Shown: in pieces, positions 37,898 to 51,400 of the stretch
Layout of the letters: each line of letters starts with the position of its first letter
How positions within the stretch are numbered: position 1 is the stretch's first letter
From: Phoronis australis
Lineage: Eukaryota > Animalia > Phoronida
Direction: 5' to 3'
Length of the DNA stretch: 57,514 nt
NCBI GenBank assembly: GCA_002633005.1
Contig: NMRA01000111.1
Span: forward strand, 920,938 to 978,451
Program-made: the position numbers and the translations under genes
Notes under the pieces: model-generated
Database searches by the model: none
What the model saw: the letters and a program-made list of their open reading frames with translations, nothing else
What the model was told of the DNA's origin: nothing

Positions 37898-39463
37898 ACA
37901 AGAGCAATGTGGAGCGTTGAAATGTGCCCATGAATGCACCACAAAGGGTGTGTTTCTAGCTAGGCTATCGCTAGCAGCTTGCCATCTCGCCATTGGCGAA
38001 TTCTGAGCAGCACTGGCGAAGGCAGAGCTAAGTCCATTCGTCAACTTGGTGAATGTTTTTACAACTTGACAATAAAAATTAATTTCGAGAAACCTACTCC
38101 TGTGTCAATTCGCAGTCACCTCGAATTAAGTCGCGCCAAAAATGGCATTCTTGCGTCGATTTCAAATCCTAAAAATAGCAAGTGAATGTTCCATTTCATG
38201 TCCGTCACTCCCCCTGAAATCACGTTTTACGGAAAAGAAATGATCAACTGTGTAGGGGGTCTGTGCTCATGGTAATGGCGATTTCTTGCTTTATAGCGAG
38301 ATCTCGTGTAGCTGATGCCGCTTATCGTCTGCAAGTGACAATGACGACGAATAGAAGACTACTTCGCAACCCAGCCTCTTTATAACTTTTTACACACGCA
38401 ACGTGGTGTGAGCTCGTGCGACTTTATCAGATTATCGGAGGGATAGAACTGAGTTGAGCTGTCTCAAATATGCAATTTGAACTCAAAGTTTAAAATCATT
38501 ATTTTCATATTACATGTATATGAAATTTTCCTAATTCATTACTAACTTTACCAATTCTCAACGGATAATTTGTTGAGTCAAATGTTGTTTGAGACTTGAC
38601 ACTGACAGGTTTTCTTTTCAATGCATAAAAGCCGCGGACGATGCCGGGAAGAACGAGTGATTTATTTATTTTTTAAATCAAAATACGTCACGTCATACCT
38701 ATAGTCAGCTCGCTAAATGTTGCAAGCGTAAAAAGTTAGTGGGACAAGACCCGAGGATCACCAGGCTGAGATTAAACTCGTCATGTCAGCACTCAGAGCC
38801 AATCAGTACCGTTGAGGACCTTAGGAGACACAGAGGTAAACGTAAAAAACTAAAATTGCCACTAGGGGCCACACCAGAAGTTAGATCCACCTGAAAGTCG
38901 GCGTCATCCATTGCCAACTTCATATAAATACACTTCCTAAATTTAGTAAAGACCCTGCAGAGATACAGCCGTGGGTGAAAAAAAACTGCCAGTAGGAGGT
39001 GTCACAATAGTCAAAGTCGTCTGAAAATCATAGCCAGTCGATCTTCCTCTTCACAGTAAGAACATACATGCCAATTTTCACAATCATCCTAAGAGTGGTT
39101 TGATTGACAGAGGGGCGGACTTGAAAACAGTAACAATCGCCACTACGTGGCACAAAATACCTCAAACCCATCCAAAAATGGGAGGATAGTGTCATCTCAA
39201 CAATAGATGCTTATACTCCTAATTTTTCTCCGTTGAGGACTTTTGAAGATACAGAGGTAAACATAAAAATTAAAATTGCCACTAGGGGACACACCAGTAG
39301 TCGGATCCGTCAGCAGGTTCGCTCATGCCGTCCCACCTATGAAAGGAACACATTTGCAAAACTTCATGAATATACGCTAAAAGGTTTTGGAGACGGAGCA
39401 GCGGACGCCGGATGGATGCAATGACGGTATAATGCGTCCACATATAAATATGTGTGGCATAAC
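37898..39463 (-). mobile_element. Helentron/DINE-like element copy 7 (minus strand), interrupted by an ~850-bp insertion
   Basis: 3' end aacaagagcaatgtggagcgttgaaatgtgcccat at 37898. Core and 5' end at 38808-39463. Unrelated sequence lies at ~37957-38807. Confidence 0.75.
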
Positions 39464-41539
39464 AATAAAAATACATTTGCCCAAAAATTGAAATATGGCT
39501 ATGAGTTCCCATTTTAGAAACTTTGATAAGTGAATTTTTTCGATAACATAATTCACACGCAACCAGAGAAAATAAGCCACACAAGACAAAAGGTTAACAC
39601 AAGCAAATGTGCATTAGAGGAATTAATGTTAGCCAGAAGATGCTGAATTTTGAAAAGTACATTCTATACAAACACATGTATGATTGAAAACTGTTACAAA
39701 TTTCAGAACTTGAAGCAATGACAAGTTTCTAAATATGGATGGGTGACACCAGAGTCTGTACTAATGATAGGTAGTTAAAACTAAAATTGCCTATAAATTC
39801 CACAGCAAACATTGAGTCTTGTCTGAAAGCCATCTAGTCCAGTCATTCTACGGATGACCCGGAAAAATTGCAACAGAAGGTTTTATTGCATAAATCGTAT
39901 CCCCTCACACCCCTTAGTGTGAGAAAAAAGTCTACCGGAATCGGAGTGGCGGAAGTTGTTTTTTTTTCAAGATGGCAGACAAAATGGCCGCCAACATTCC
40001 AGATGACCATTATAACTCGAGAGTGGCATGTGACAGAGCAAAAATTCAAAAAGGTTTACCTCTCTTTCATGGGTCAACAAATCCATTGGAAATAGTTTTG
40101 CATGGTTGTGATGACACCGTCCACCATTTTCCAAGATGGCCGCCAAAACTACTTCGAGTCGCACAACTTTGCACGAACAGATTAGTGTGTCGTCTTGCTT
40201 CAAACATTGCATCATANGCACCGACTCAAGATCTTCTTGAAGCCTTGTGCCTGACATTACGTATCCAATACATCCAAGAAAGCTCATCTCAGTATGAAAT
40301 CTGCCAAGCCTGGCTAAAAACAAGTGACTGCAGATCCCTGTATTTTGGTTTGCTGGCACTAATTTCCTAAGAAATCAGTTACTTATGTTCATAAAAAGCA
40401 TTCATATTGTGAGTACTAAATGTTAAAATTTAATTATTAACTTTTTGTTACACAATTTTATTTGCTTTTCATCAAATTCAGATGAAATGAACAGCCAAAT
40501 TCTCAACACATGCCAGCAGCAGACGAAATCATTGCTTAGGAACATCTAATAATATCTCCAATAGCAGAGAAAAAAGCCACTTCTTGCCCAATTTTATTCA
40601 GTTTTTGTGTAATGACTAAGCCAATAATCTGCCAGAATTTCATATTTTTCTAAGAAATATTATTTTTAATACCTCAAGAGAATATATTTTACAGAAAATT
40701 ATTGAGTGTGTGAAATTTATTACGAAATTCTAACTAAAGCCTTTTCTGAAAAACACCAAACTTTATGTTATGTAATCAAAAATGTGATTAAAATTCCACA
40801 TTTAGTATCTACATCTGAAAAACAAATTATAGAAAAAATCAATAAATTAACCCTGACTGTAGATTGCAAAATGTCTTTGTGTAAATTGCCTTTCAGGTTA
40901 CATACAGTTTGCAGAACGTAAATGCTTTAAATTGGGGTTTTGTGAATTGGCGACGATTTTGGCGGCCATTTTGTCAGCCATCTTGATTTTTTCTTTCCAA
41001 CCAGTGACCATTTTCAGGGCAAAACATAAAAAGAAATCTTACAACATGTACCCAAATGCCGTTTCGGCCGCCATTTTGTTGGCCATATTGGTTTTCTTTC
41101 ACGGAAAATTGACATCTTTTGTTTGGTATGCCTGTTACGAACAGTATAAAATCAATGACAAAATTTATTGTTTTATTTCCAGCTGTTACATATGAGTAAC
41201 ACGCCAGAAAGCAGTAGTAGGCGGCCATTTTTCCGCCATCTTGAAAAACCGACTTCTGCCACTCCGATTTCGGTAGACTTTTTCTCTGCTATTGGAAGTA
41301 TTAGATGTTCCCAAGCAATGATTTCTTCTGCGCTGCTGACATGTGTTGAGAATTTGACTGTTGATTTCATCTGAATTTGATGAAAAGCGAATAAAATTGT
41401 GTAACAAAAATTAATAATTAAATTTTATCAATGAATACTCACAATTTATTTAATATGCATGCTTTTTGTGAACATAGGTAACTGATTTTAGAGGAAATTA
41501 GTGCCAGCAAACAAAACGACATTGATCTGCAGTCACTTG

Positions 41540-44426
41540 TTCTTAGCCAGGCTTGGCACATTTCATACTGAGATGAGTTTTCTGGGATGTATTGGATATG
41601 TAATGTGAGGCACAGGGCTTCAAGAAGTTCTTGAGATGGTGCATACATCAAACAATGTGATCCTTATGTCCCACTTCCAAATATTGACAGATCAAGTAAC
41701 GTCAATCCAGAACCAATGAAGAAAGAAGTTCCGGTTCTTCAGAAATCCCAAGAGTCCAGAATGTCACCAACGCAGAACACAAAGATTCCGTGCCAAGAGG
41801 GGGAGCAATTCAATGCTTGTACATCAATGTTGGCTCGTTAGAATATCGAGACACATTATTCAGACATCTCAACTGATCACATAACTAGATGTATACGCTG
41901 GGGCATGCAATGCACAGCCAGTGCCTTCCGATTCTGAAACTTGAATTACAGTGGAATACCCTCACGAGAGTTCACTTCTGGCTTCCGACCTACTGCCACT
42001 GGTATATTCAAACACTACTGAATCAGAGCATAGGTCTTCAGAATTCGCAGTGACAGAGAATAGTTCGTCAGAAGAATCAATGGCCAATGATATACTTGAT
42101 GATGATTTGAGAGGTGGTCTGAAGCTGTATGATGACCTTATTGCTGACATGACGTCTGTGTGCGGCGATGTATGCTCGTCGGAGTGTCTTGTAGGTATCC
42201 ATAAAAATCGAAGCACATAAATTAGACTTGTCCTTGCAAAGTCGAATCATTAGTCTTTGGCTACAGTATATGAAGATGATTAACATCCTTCGACTCTTTT
42301 AAAAGCAGAAATAAAGTCAGATTGGAAGCTTCACCTAAAGGCAGTTTCTGAAATGCTGCCTAACTTTGCAGCTGCTGGTCACAACTCTTATGCAAAATCT
42401 GCATACATATACTTGACTGAAGCAGACGTAGCAACTCAAAGACACCCGTCCAGATGTTATAAGACAAAGTGACAGACTTTGGGCAGGCTTGTCATATGAT
42501 CTTGTAAGTGAACAAACGCTTATGAAAAGTATTAAAGCACCAGGAGGTTTGACTAGAGGTTGCGAAATGGGACATACGCAGAGTGCACCGTGGCTGCTTT
42601 CCGTGCCGGCATGCTCAAGTATAAATTGTGTCATGAAGACTGACAAACTTGAGTTGTGAAACGTGTCTGCAACATCAAGAATGTACCCAATCAAGACAGT
42701 TGCGTGACGACAAAGACATCCGCCCCCTTGTTGAATTGCCCCACAACAGAGACCCATTTTAAAGAGAAACATTTATTACAGAACATCGTCACTGGCGTGA
42801 CTGCAGGCACGCGCGTTTATGCCGAAAATGGCAGAGAAGTGGGGATGACGATTCGCTTGTCTATGGAGGGGTCAAATGTCAAAGACTTTAGATTCAGAAA
42901 GAAAGACAAGGGCCCAGTTGCATAAAAGTTATACGCCGTATAGCAACAACGGCGTAGCATTATCACGCGTCACGTTGTTATTGTTGAACAATGCACCTGA
43001 CGTCATGCAACAATCAAACTTATCCAGCGGATAACTTTTAAAGTTTTATGCAACTCAGCCAAGGTTGTGGCAATGACAATTAGTCAGTCAGTTCATGTTG
43101 ATAATAGTGATTTTACACAAGTGGATCCACGACTGCTACTTCAGCGAATCCTGACAGCTGCAAAAGACAACAGTGAAAGTTCATGAAGCCTTTTGAAGTT
43201 TGAGCTGTGTGTTGGTTCCCCTGCTCTCTTTGAAACATCTGGTCTTCCCAGAGTCTCTAATAAATCAATATTAGCTGATGCCATCTGGTCCAGCGGGGGA
43301 CTACCTGAAGATTTCCGTTTCCAGAAAACGCGGTGATGCATGTAATCGATGGCGGCTCTCTCCTTCACCGTATTCCATGGCCTAGAGATGCAACGTTTGG
43401 CATAGCTTATGTGGATTACATCAGCAAGTGCACCCAGCCTACTGTTGTTTTTGATGGTTATGGAGGTGGCCCATCAACTAAAGATGTCTCCCATGTTCGA
43501 AGACTGGGTGGGGTGGTTGGAACTGAAGTTCACTTCAATGGTGACATGGTGATCAAGTCAAAGAAGGAACATTTTTGGCAAAGAGCAAACACAAACGATG
43601 ATTCATTCACTTCTTTTCAAGTTTCGTAGGAAATGCTGGTTGCACAGTGGTAAAAGCTCAAGGTGACGCAGGCGTTTTAATTGTAGAAACAGCAGTAGAG
43701 AATAGAGCACAGGGTCCAACTACCCTTATTGCAGATGATACAGACTTAATTGTTGCTTCTTTTGTGTTACCATGCTACTTCACAATTTCCAATGTTCATG
43801 AAATTTGACAACACGCACTAGAGCAAGAGGAGTCTGGGACATCAAAAAACTACAGTTGTCTCTTGGAGCCGTTTTGCCATTTGCGCATGCAAATTAAGGC
43901 TCTCTCATTCAAGAAACTGAGTGATCGAGAATTCTGCGAAAACGTTAGAGTATTCACTAGACCCATGCAGCTGAAGAAAGACATATTTGAAGCTGGTAAG
44001 AGTTGTGTTTAGGCTTTATGGCGGTACTGGCTCGGAAATTTGGATGACTTGCGATGCAGGCGATTTGTAGATGAGGTGTCAGACTAGCCCCAGTCCAAAA
44101 ACAGTCATTAGCACCAGCTTTCTTCAGTAGCTAAATACCATTATGCCGGGACATATTATCAAGAACAACAGTGGTCAAGTTTCCGGGGCAGTGGCCTACA
44201 CTCGCTGTATTGGGGATAGATGCTGTCAGGTGAAAATTTCATTCCCACGACGACGGACCAGTCAGCAGCACCAGAGAACCTGCTGAAAGTAGTAAGATGC
44301 TCGTGTAAGACCAACTGCAGTTCCAAGAGATGTTCTTGCAAGAAGTTAGGATTGCCGTGCTCGGTTGCATGTGGAGATTGCCGTGGTTTAAGCTGCAACG
44401 ATTCATTCTCAGTTGACAGAGATTAG
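41540..44426 (+). pseudogene. Academ-type transposase/XPG-like nuclease/CXC pseudogene
   Basis: RLGTFHTEMSFLGCIGYVM*GTGL; LWLQY...DWKLHL...MLPNFAAAGHNSYAKS; VIDGGSLLHRIPW; VVFDGY...STKD; ADDTDL; CSCKTNCSSKRCSCKKLGLPCSVACGDCRG. Many stops and frameshifts. Confidence 0.8.
42911..43060. mobile_element. Harbinger/PIF-type MITE inserted in the Academ ORF
   Basis: TIRs ggcccagttgcataaaa and ttttatgcaactcagcc, with 3-bp TSD AAG. Removing it restores KKDKVVAMT. Confidence 0.75.
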
Positions 44427-45689
44427 TTTTGTAAATACTGGTTGGTTGTGTATAGATTTTGATCACAGACTGAGAATGACTGCTTCAGACAGACTTGTAA
44501 CATCACTAAAGAGAAGCCTAGTGGAAGCTGTGCAAGCACTTATATTATAAACTGTTTATCTTGCTAAGCATACCTTGCTAAACCTTTCTTCTGTCTCAAC
44601 TCTTGCTATATTCACTAGCATTTAAACAACTAACACAGACGGTGTGGATAGTAGATCACTAAATTAATCGCAGAAAGTTATTTTCGATACAGCACATTTT
44701 CAGGAGGAGAATGATCCTTTAGTCCAGGCGAACCTGATGTCTTTCACTCAAATAAGTTATTCGTTAAGCAATCTTGAAAATGGTAGTCGTAATCATCAGA
44801 GCCAGACAAAAATTGTTGTAATGGTCGTGCTGACCTAAAAAACTCAGGATATGAAATCTGTGAAGATGGCGCGTCTCTGGAATCTGAAGTTCTTACATGA
44901 AGCAACTATTTGGTGGCCAGCTTAGAAATTGGTGGAAGTAATCATACCATTAGACGCAAATGCAATGAGTCTCAATGGGTTTGTCGACCCAGAAAAGTTA
45001 TGATTCAATGGTTGAAGCAAGACGACATACTAATCTGTTCATGCGAAGTTGTGCGACTCGAAATAGTTTTGGAGGCCATCTTGGAAAATGGCGGATGTTG
45101 TCACCACAAAACTATTTCCATTGAATTTATTGACCCAGAAAAGATAGGTATGAATTTTTACTGTATCACATTCCACTCTCGAGTTATAATGGTCATCTGC
45201 AAATCTGACGGCCATTTTGTCCGCCATCTTGTAAAACCAACTTCCGCCACTCCGATTCCGGTAGACTTTTTTCTCACACGAAGATGTGTGAGAGGATACG
45301 ATTTATGCAATAAAACCTTCTGTTGCATTTTTTCCGGGTCATCCGTAGAATGTTTAGCCAGAGACCATTGTTAAAAATATCTCGTTATAGTATTCATGTG
45401 GAAATTGGTGAAATTTTGTAATAATATTAGTGAACAATATTCAATGCCGATTTATCCGTTCTATTCTTATTTCAAGCAGTTTTGCCAAGGCGGTGTCTAA
45501 AAGTGCGGACACTCGAAGAACCGTAAAACTGCTAAGAACCATAGTTGAAGCCAGGTTTCATGAAAGCGATTTGTTCTTACTCTCCACCTTCTGAATAACC
45601 GAATAAGGCTTTAGCTAAGTAATTAAAAAGCCGTATCTAGGATATCATAAGAGGGCCCAACACTTTTTCTCGTAGACAACCCATACGAA

Positions 45690-46245
45690 AATATAGGATC
45701 CTACAGAAATTCATATAGGATCAAGACTTCCTATGGAAATTTCTATAAGAATTCCTATAGGAATATCGATTTCCTATAGGATTCCTATAGGATCAAGATA
45801 TCCTATAGGAATTCCTATTTTTTTCAAAAATCTGATTTCTACACATTTTAACAAACAAATCGTCTAAGAGCATATAGTAAAATATCGATTTGTTTTTATC
45901 CAATTTCAGCTCTAGCTTCTGAGTCATTAATTTTTGTAAATTTTAATATTCAGGCGAGTCTTAATACATGCTTGTTAATGGCTTCGTAGAATCCTATTGA
46001 ACTTCCTATAGAATCCTATTGAACTGCCTATTGGATATATTCAAGTCTTGTACGAATTCCTTTAGGGTTTCTTATAGGATAACCTAAAGGATTTCTATAG
46101 GCTTTCCTACTAGATGCTTTAGGGAATCTTATAGGATCCTATTGGATTTCCTTTAGGATCCAGTATGCTATAGGATCCAACTTTAGGAAGTCCCATAGGG
46201 TTCCTGTAGGATTTCCTATAAGAAATGCTATAGGATTTCCTATAA
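45690..46245. repeat. Two clusters of degenerate TCCTATAGGA palindromes
   Basis: Many cctatagg variants at 45690-45820 and 45985-46245, around an AT-rich spacer. Confidence 0.75.
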
Positions 46246-47469
46246 GTGTAGGCATAAGTTTTTGCAACATGCAAATGACCCTTATATTGTTGTTGGTTAT
46301 ATTACGGTCGTTTAAAAAAAGGAACGACACTTTGGTAGTGACGCATGCACAATTAATTAGACCCAGGGGGGGTTAATGAAGTTGAAAATTTATCTAGGAA
46401 ACTCAGAAAATGAGAATTTGGAAAAATGACAATAAAAACGGTTACCTTCCCATTTAAGGCTGTGATAAGATTTGGAGGAAGTGCAAAAGTCCTCCAATTT
46501 TGATATTTAATTAATCTCACTATTGTTGCACTCACTGTCGTGTCTCGGCCTCGTTCAATCACGTTCATTGAATAGAGTGGCTGTAATTAAGGCATATGAA
46601 TAAGTTTTAAAGCACTGACAATTTGACTGAACGACTCGCTCAACTTTTCGCAGTTTGACGGCATCGTCTACTAACATTCTATGTAAGCTTTGCTACCGAC
46701 CAAGCTACTGCCACGTATGCTACTTCTACTTTATTGTTATCGTCCACTTCTCACTGTCACAAAACAATGCTACTCACGTGTGCTGGCTCTTCTGGCAATT
46801 TTTGCAAACGGGGTTTTTCAAAGAAATTTGACGAAATGTGGAATGTTCGACCTTTTAACAAAGATGGATTATGAAATAAAGGTCTTCTGCTCTTTTCTGG
46901 TTTCCTGCACAAGAATTAGTAATCCAAAATTAAAGAAATTTGTCGATAAACCAGCTCCAAATTAATGGAGAATTCGACGTCTGGTTTTGCTTCCGCTTAA
47001 TAGCTCTCGGGAGTTGCTCTCGTTTGTAAATGAACTTAGTAAAAACTAGGTCATTAGGTTAACTTTAAATGTCCGTTCAAAAATGACGATATCAACTTTA
47101 CAGTATTTTTACTTAACAATAAAATGACATCAAGAACAAGACATTTGTGTGGAAAATGTTGACATTTCTATATATACTGCCTACTTCTTTCATTAAATGA
47201 CTTTTTCTGTTTTGGTTAGGATCACTGATATTTTGCTTCATTTAGGCCATGCACTTACCACAGGCACGATTTTAATTTGCAATATTTGGGCAAAATTAAC
47301 AAGGTTTAACAACCTTGTCGAGTGTGGCGGTAAATACTATTTACAGATGGGTTACGTGTCTAACTCCTTTCTTCCTGTAAACATTGGCTGCCCCGGTCAT
47401 CCTTCACCTTTGTAAGGGTGTCAAGAGTTCATTGCCTATTACGTGAGACCGAGGCTGTTCACTCACCCT

Positions 47470-47517
47470 TGCTATATACCTTCCGTCCGAACTTTCAAAT
47501 CCAGGTTGAATTAAGCG
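47470..47517 (+). promoter_or_regulatory. Possible TATA box and short non-coding first exon of the EcKL gene
   Basis: CTATATA at ~47472 and donor G|GTAAGT at 47518. The kinase ATG directly follows an acceptor (tttgcAG|ATG), implying an upstream UTR exon. Confidence 0.35.
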
Positions 47518-48477
47518 GTAAGTATCAAATGTTTTATAATTTCGTTCTGTCCACAATTTCTGTTGCAGTCTTTTAAGTGGTTGAGTTCAAAAGAGGTCAG
47601 ACCTACATTACTTTTTTACCGATCTGTTTTAGATAAGCCTTATAATGATTAACCGGTCACACAACGCCGTTAAAACCGTGACCTAGTCAGTTGGTTGATA
47701 CTGTCATTTCCATGAGAAGCAAACGTTTTGTACGCCACCAGGACGCCAAGGTCTATACGCTTTATTCCTGAAATTTGAAAGACGCGCATGCCAACACTGT
47801 AGAGGGTCATTTATGCCCAAATATTACCCGGATGTAGCCAAATGCAACCTTGGACTCACAAACGGGCGTTGGCTCCATAATAAATGACATTATTTGCAAT
47901 CCTCATGTTGTTTTACTCTGCAACATAGCTCGTGGCGTGACCCCGGGCAAAATCGATTACGATAATAAAAGATGTCGCTGCTCGATCTTGTCAGCGCTTG
48001 GACGGCAGAAGACTCCCAGGGCACAATTCAAACCCGCAACCGCATTTTCAGTCTGAACGTGACTCAACCGCATCAGTTACATTTGGAAACCCCTCTTTGC
48101 CATGAAAAGCGTGATAGGTCACTAATTGTCAATAGTAACAGTTACGTTTGTGTAGTTTTGAAAATAAAGAATTAAGTAGACCTATACAATTAATGACGCT
48201 GGCGTGCATTTTTTTCTTTAAACATTGTAGCGCAGATTTCAAAATGGGTCGGGCGCAGATCAGGGCTGAGTTCCATAGCGCCGGGTGCAAGAACTCGTGG
48301 TCACATGCTATGCATGGCGATACCTCGCTGTACAGGATGTCAAGAGGTAACCGCGTGTACAGAAAGCTCAGGGTTATTTTGTCCGGTAAAAGATAGTTTG
48401 TTTTGATATACAGTGTCAATTTATACCGAAAATGTTGAATGTTGAGGTGAGATAAAGTCATTGAACTTATTTTGCAG

Positions 48478-51400
48478 ATGGCTGAAAGCGACACACCTAA
48501 TGTGGCAGTGACCTCCGGGACAGTGTCCGCAGCAAACGCAAAGTTTATTACTAAAGAATTTTTGGAGGACACTTTTCAGAAAGCTGAGAATAACACTAAT
48601 CTATCCGTGAGTGATTTCTCTGTGGAACCGGCTTGCGGAGAAGGTAACAAAACATGGTGCACTTGTGGCTTAAAAAAATATCACTCTGGAGCGCTGAAGG
48701 CCCATTGCACTTGTCAAAACTGATGAACTTAACGACATTATTGTTTCATGCGCACTGTCGAAGGTTCAGGTATATTGCGTCCTTATCGCTGAGAACTTTT
48801 AGGTGAGGTAAATCAAGCAAAATTAGATGACCATGCATTGATTTTCTATTAGTCAGTATCTCTATGGTCAATTTGTACCAGCAAAATGTACTGAACTATT
48901 TGTTTGTGTGATTTCACGCCAAACTTTTTCTATCATCCACGGAGATGTAAAAACTTCATGACGTGCCACGTCCTAATTACTCGCGTTACTACTAAATCAG
49001 GAGGTTCGAAATGGCCTTTCTTCACGGCCCTAGTGTTCGATTCAACCGAAGCGTTGTCACTGTCGGTAAGCAATCCTCAAAAGTCATTCCAAACTTTTGA
49101 CCGTTGACGAGCTATACCACAACATAACTAAGTTTCAACTATAACGTGATCTAGTCGTAGATAACATATGTTGGAAAACAAGGCACGGTTTGCCGCCGCG
49201 TTTTGTTAACCCGCCCCCCGTTCAGCAACCCTGGGACCTCGCTAAAAAGCAAGACTTCGCGAGATTACGTGAGATATTGTCATGTGGTTTAAATAAGAAC
49301 ACGTGACTTTGATTAGGTTTTAGGTAGGTCCTAGCGTCTACTGAACGCACGCCCGGTTTGAATTCAATGAGCTTGACCCGTTGACAGCATGACTGGTTGC
49401 GCCAGAACTATAGATTATACCACGGGCCTGTTTCATGATGAACAGTACGTGGGTTAAGACTACTAAAGTGATGAGAAAATAGGTATTATTATTTCTGAAA
49501 AATGATTAAATCTCACTTGAGCAAAGATGCAAATTCTCTGAGGATAATTATACGCGTATTAACTTCAAGGTACTGAGGTGTTGTCCTGGCTGTGAATTCT
49601 TTCTAGACTAGCTGTTGCGCTCATAATTACTAGGCTAAACCTTCCTTCGGTAAAATTGTGAAGCGGTAGGGTAAGACCAGTGTCTGTCTCGATAGTAGGC
49701 CTAAGTCACTTTCATGAAACAGGTCCCAGGAGAGTAGTTTCTTCCTACCATATCTTATTGGGAAAGTCACAGGGTCAAAAACCTTTATTTAACACTTGAT
49801 CTGGGTTAACTTGATTTTCACGCATGCATGTAGGTCATGTGTGTAGTTGATGCCGTGACCTGTTGATTTTCATCGACTTTTGGTAGACATGCCTCAGTGC
49901 CTTGCTCGTGTTTACCATTGTTATCGCATTACCAAATCAGGTCAATTCATTCACTGTACAATTATGATGATTGCCCATTCCGTTTGTGAAAGAAAGTTTC
50001 AAACTTATGGATTTTTAAATTTTAAAATCGTTTTGAAGAGAATAATATGATTCAATCAGTTTCCTGTAGGCCAACGCCACACCCACTATATATACTTCAC
50101 ATCACGTTACTTTCAATTTTTTTCTTGGTTATCTCTGAAGATTGTGAAAAATGGTTTTGAAGCGACTGTTAATCCGCCTTCCACCACGAAAACCAAGCTT
50201 TGACTTTATATCAGTGCTGTAGTGGGGCGTAAGCGCACGCGTAGGCGCAGCCAACCATTTTGGGATTTGAACGCAGCGCCTACGCACCGTAAGATACGTT
50301 CAGTTCTCATTTTGATACAGTGGGCTTTGGGCGCCTCTACTTACCTCTAATTTTACCACTATAGCACTGACACTAGGCTCTAGTGCTTCTCACGACGTGT
50401 CATTTTATGCTTTGAGCATGGTCTCGAGGAACGAACTGCCAATACTTTTCAATTCCATTAACCATTTCCCATCTGAGGAAGGAACAAGAAAGTTGAAATT
50501 ATTTTTATAGCGGTAACAGCTATAAATCAAAAGTTCACTTCTTGGAGGGAACGCTGGTACCGCATTAACGAGGAGTTCCAGATGATGATGACTTGGTGCG
50601 ACTTTTGACATCTTCAGCTGTCAATCAAAAAACTTTCGAGAACTTTAAGCTCGTTTTGGAGATAAATAAGGTAGACATAATATTTTAAGCGCAGTTCCTG
50701 GTTAAATTTGTCAGCATTTCTGAATCAACTCAGTGTTATTTCAAGTCTGCCAAATTTTCCGCATGCTGATTCTAAACTTTCGTCTTTCAGGTGAAAACTA
50801 TGCTACAGAAGTCGTGCGAGTTCGAGTCAAAATCAACAATGGCGCGGAAGTTCAAAACTGCAGCATCGTACTGAAACTTCCGCATGACAGTGTGGAAATG
50901 AAAGCTATGTTTATAAAAAGCGGTGTATTTAAAAAGGAAATGAAGTTCTACAGAGATGCCATTCCTGCGCTTATGAAAGTTCAGCGTGACCTCAACGTCG
51001 AACCCCTGCCTCTGGCCGCACCCCGGTTCTATAGCGGTTTATCCGACGAAGAGAAAATGATTGCTTATATTGCTGTTGAAGATCTAGAAGGATACAGAAT
51101 GGCAGATGTTAGGAAAGGTCTAGATGTGCATCACTGTAAGTTGATAGTGAAAGAGTTGGCAAGGCTACACGCTTTATCGTTGGTGTTAAAGAACAAAGAT
51201 CCCGTTTTGTTTAGGCAGTATTGCGATACTATTTTTCAAGAATCGCATTTCTCGCCGACACTGCGCCCTTTTATTGCTCCTATGTATAGCGACGGGTGTA
51301 AAAGATCTATTGGCTGGCTTTGCGATGATTCAAACAACGAAGAGTTCAAGTCAAAGGTGCAATCTCTTCTCAGCCGAGATCCATTTGAAACTGTCGCTGA

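Larger units (their letters stand above)
39835..45352 (+). mobile_element. Degraded Academ(X)-type DNA transposon locus
   Basis: About 370-bp inverted repeats (39845-40215 vs 45000-45352), left end starting TAG. The internal decayed ORF has transposase, XPG/PIN-like and Cys-rich domains. Confidence 0.75.

Noticed and set aside
44910-45374. 154-aa ORF, and its counterparts at 39843-40359, as a gene
   Set aside because: It lies in the transposon inverted repeat and has no recognisable domain. The left counterpart is frameshifted and crosses an N.
50733-50790. N-terminus of ORF 50733..51935 (MLFQVCQ...) as the real kinase start
   Set aside because: It begins at GTG and runs through a polypyrimidine tract and AG. 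Splicing from exon 48478-48643 supplies the expected N-terminus.
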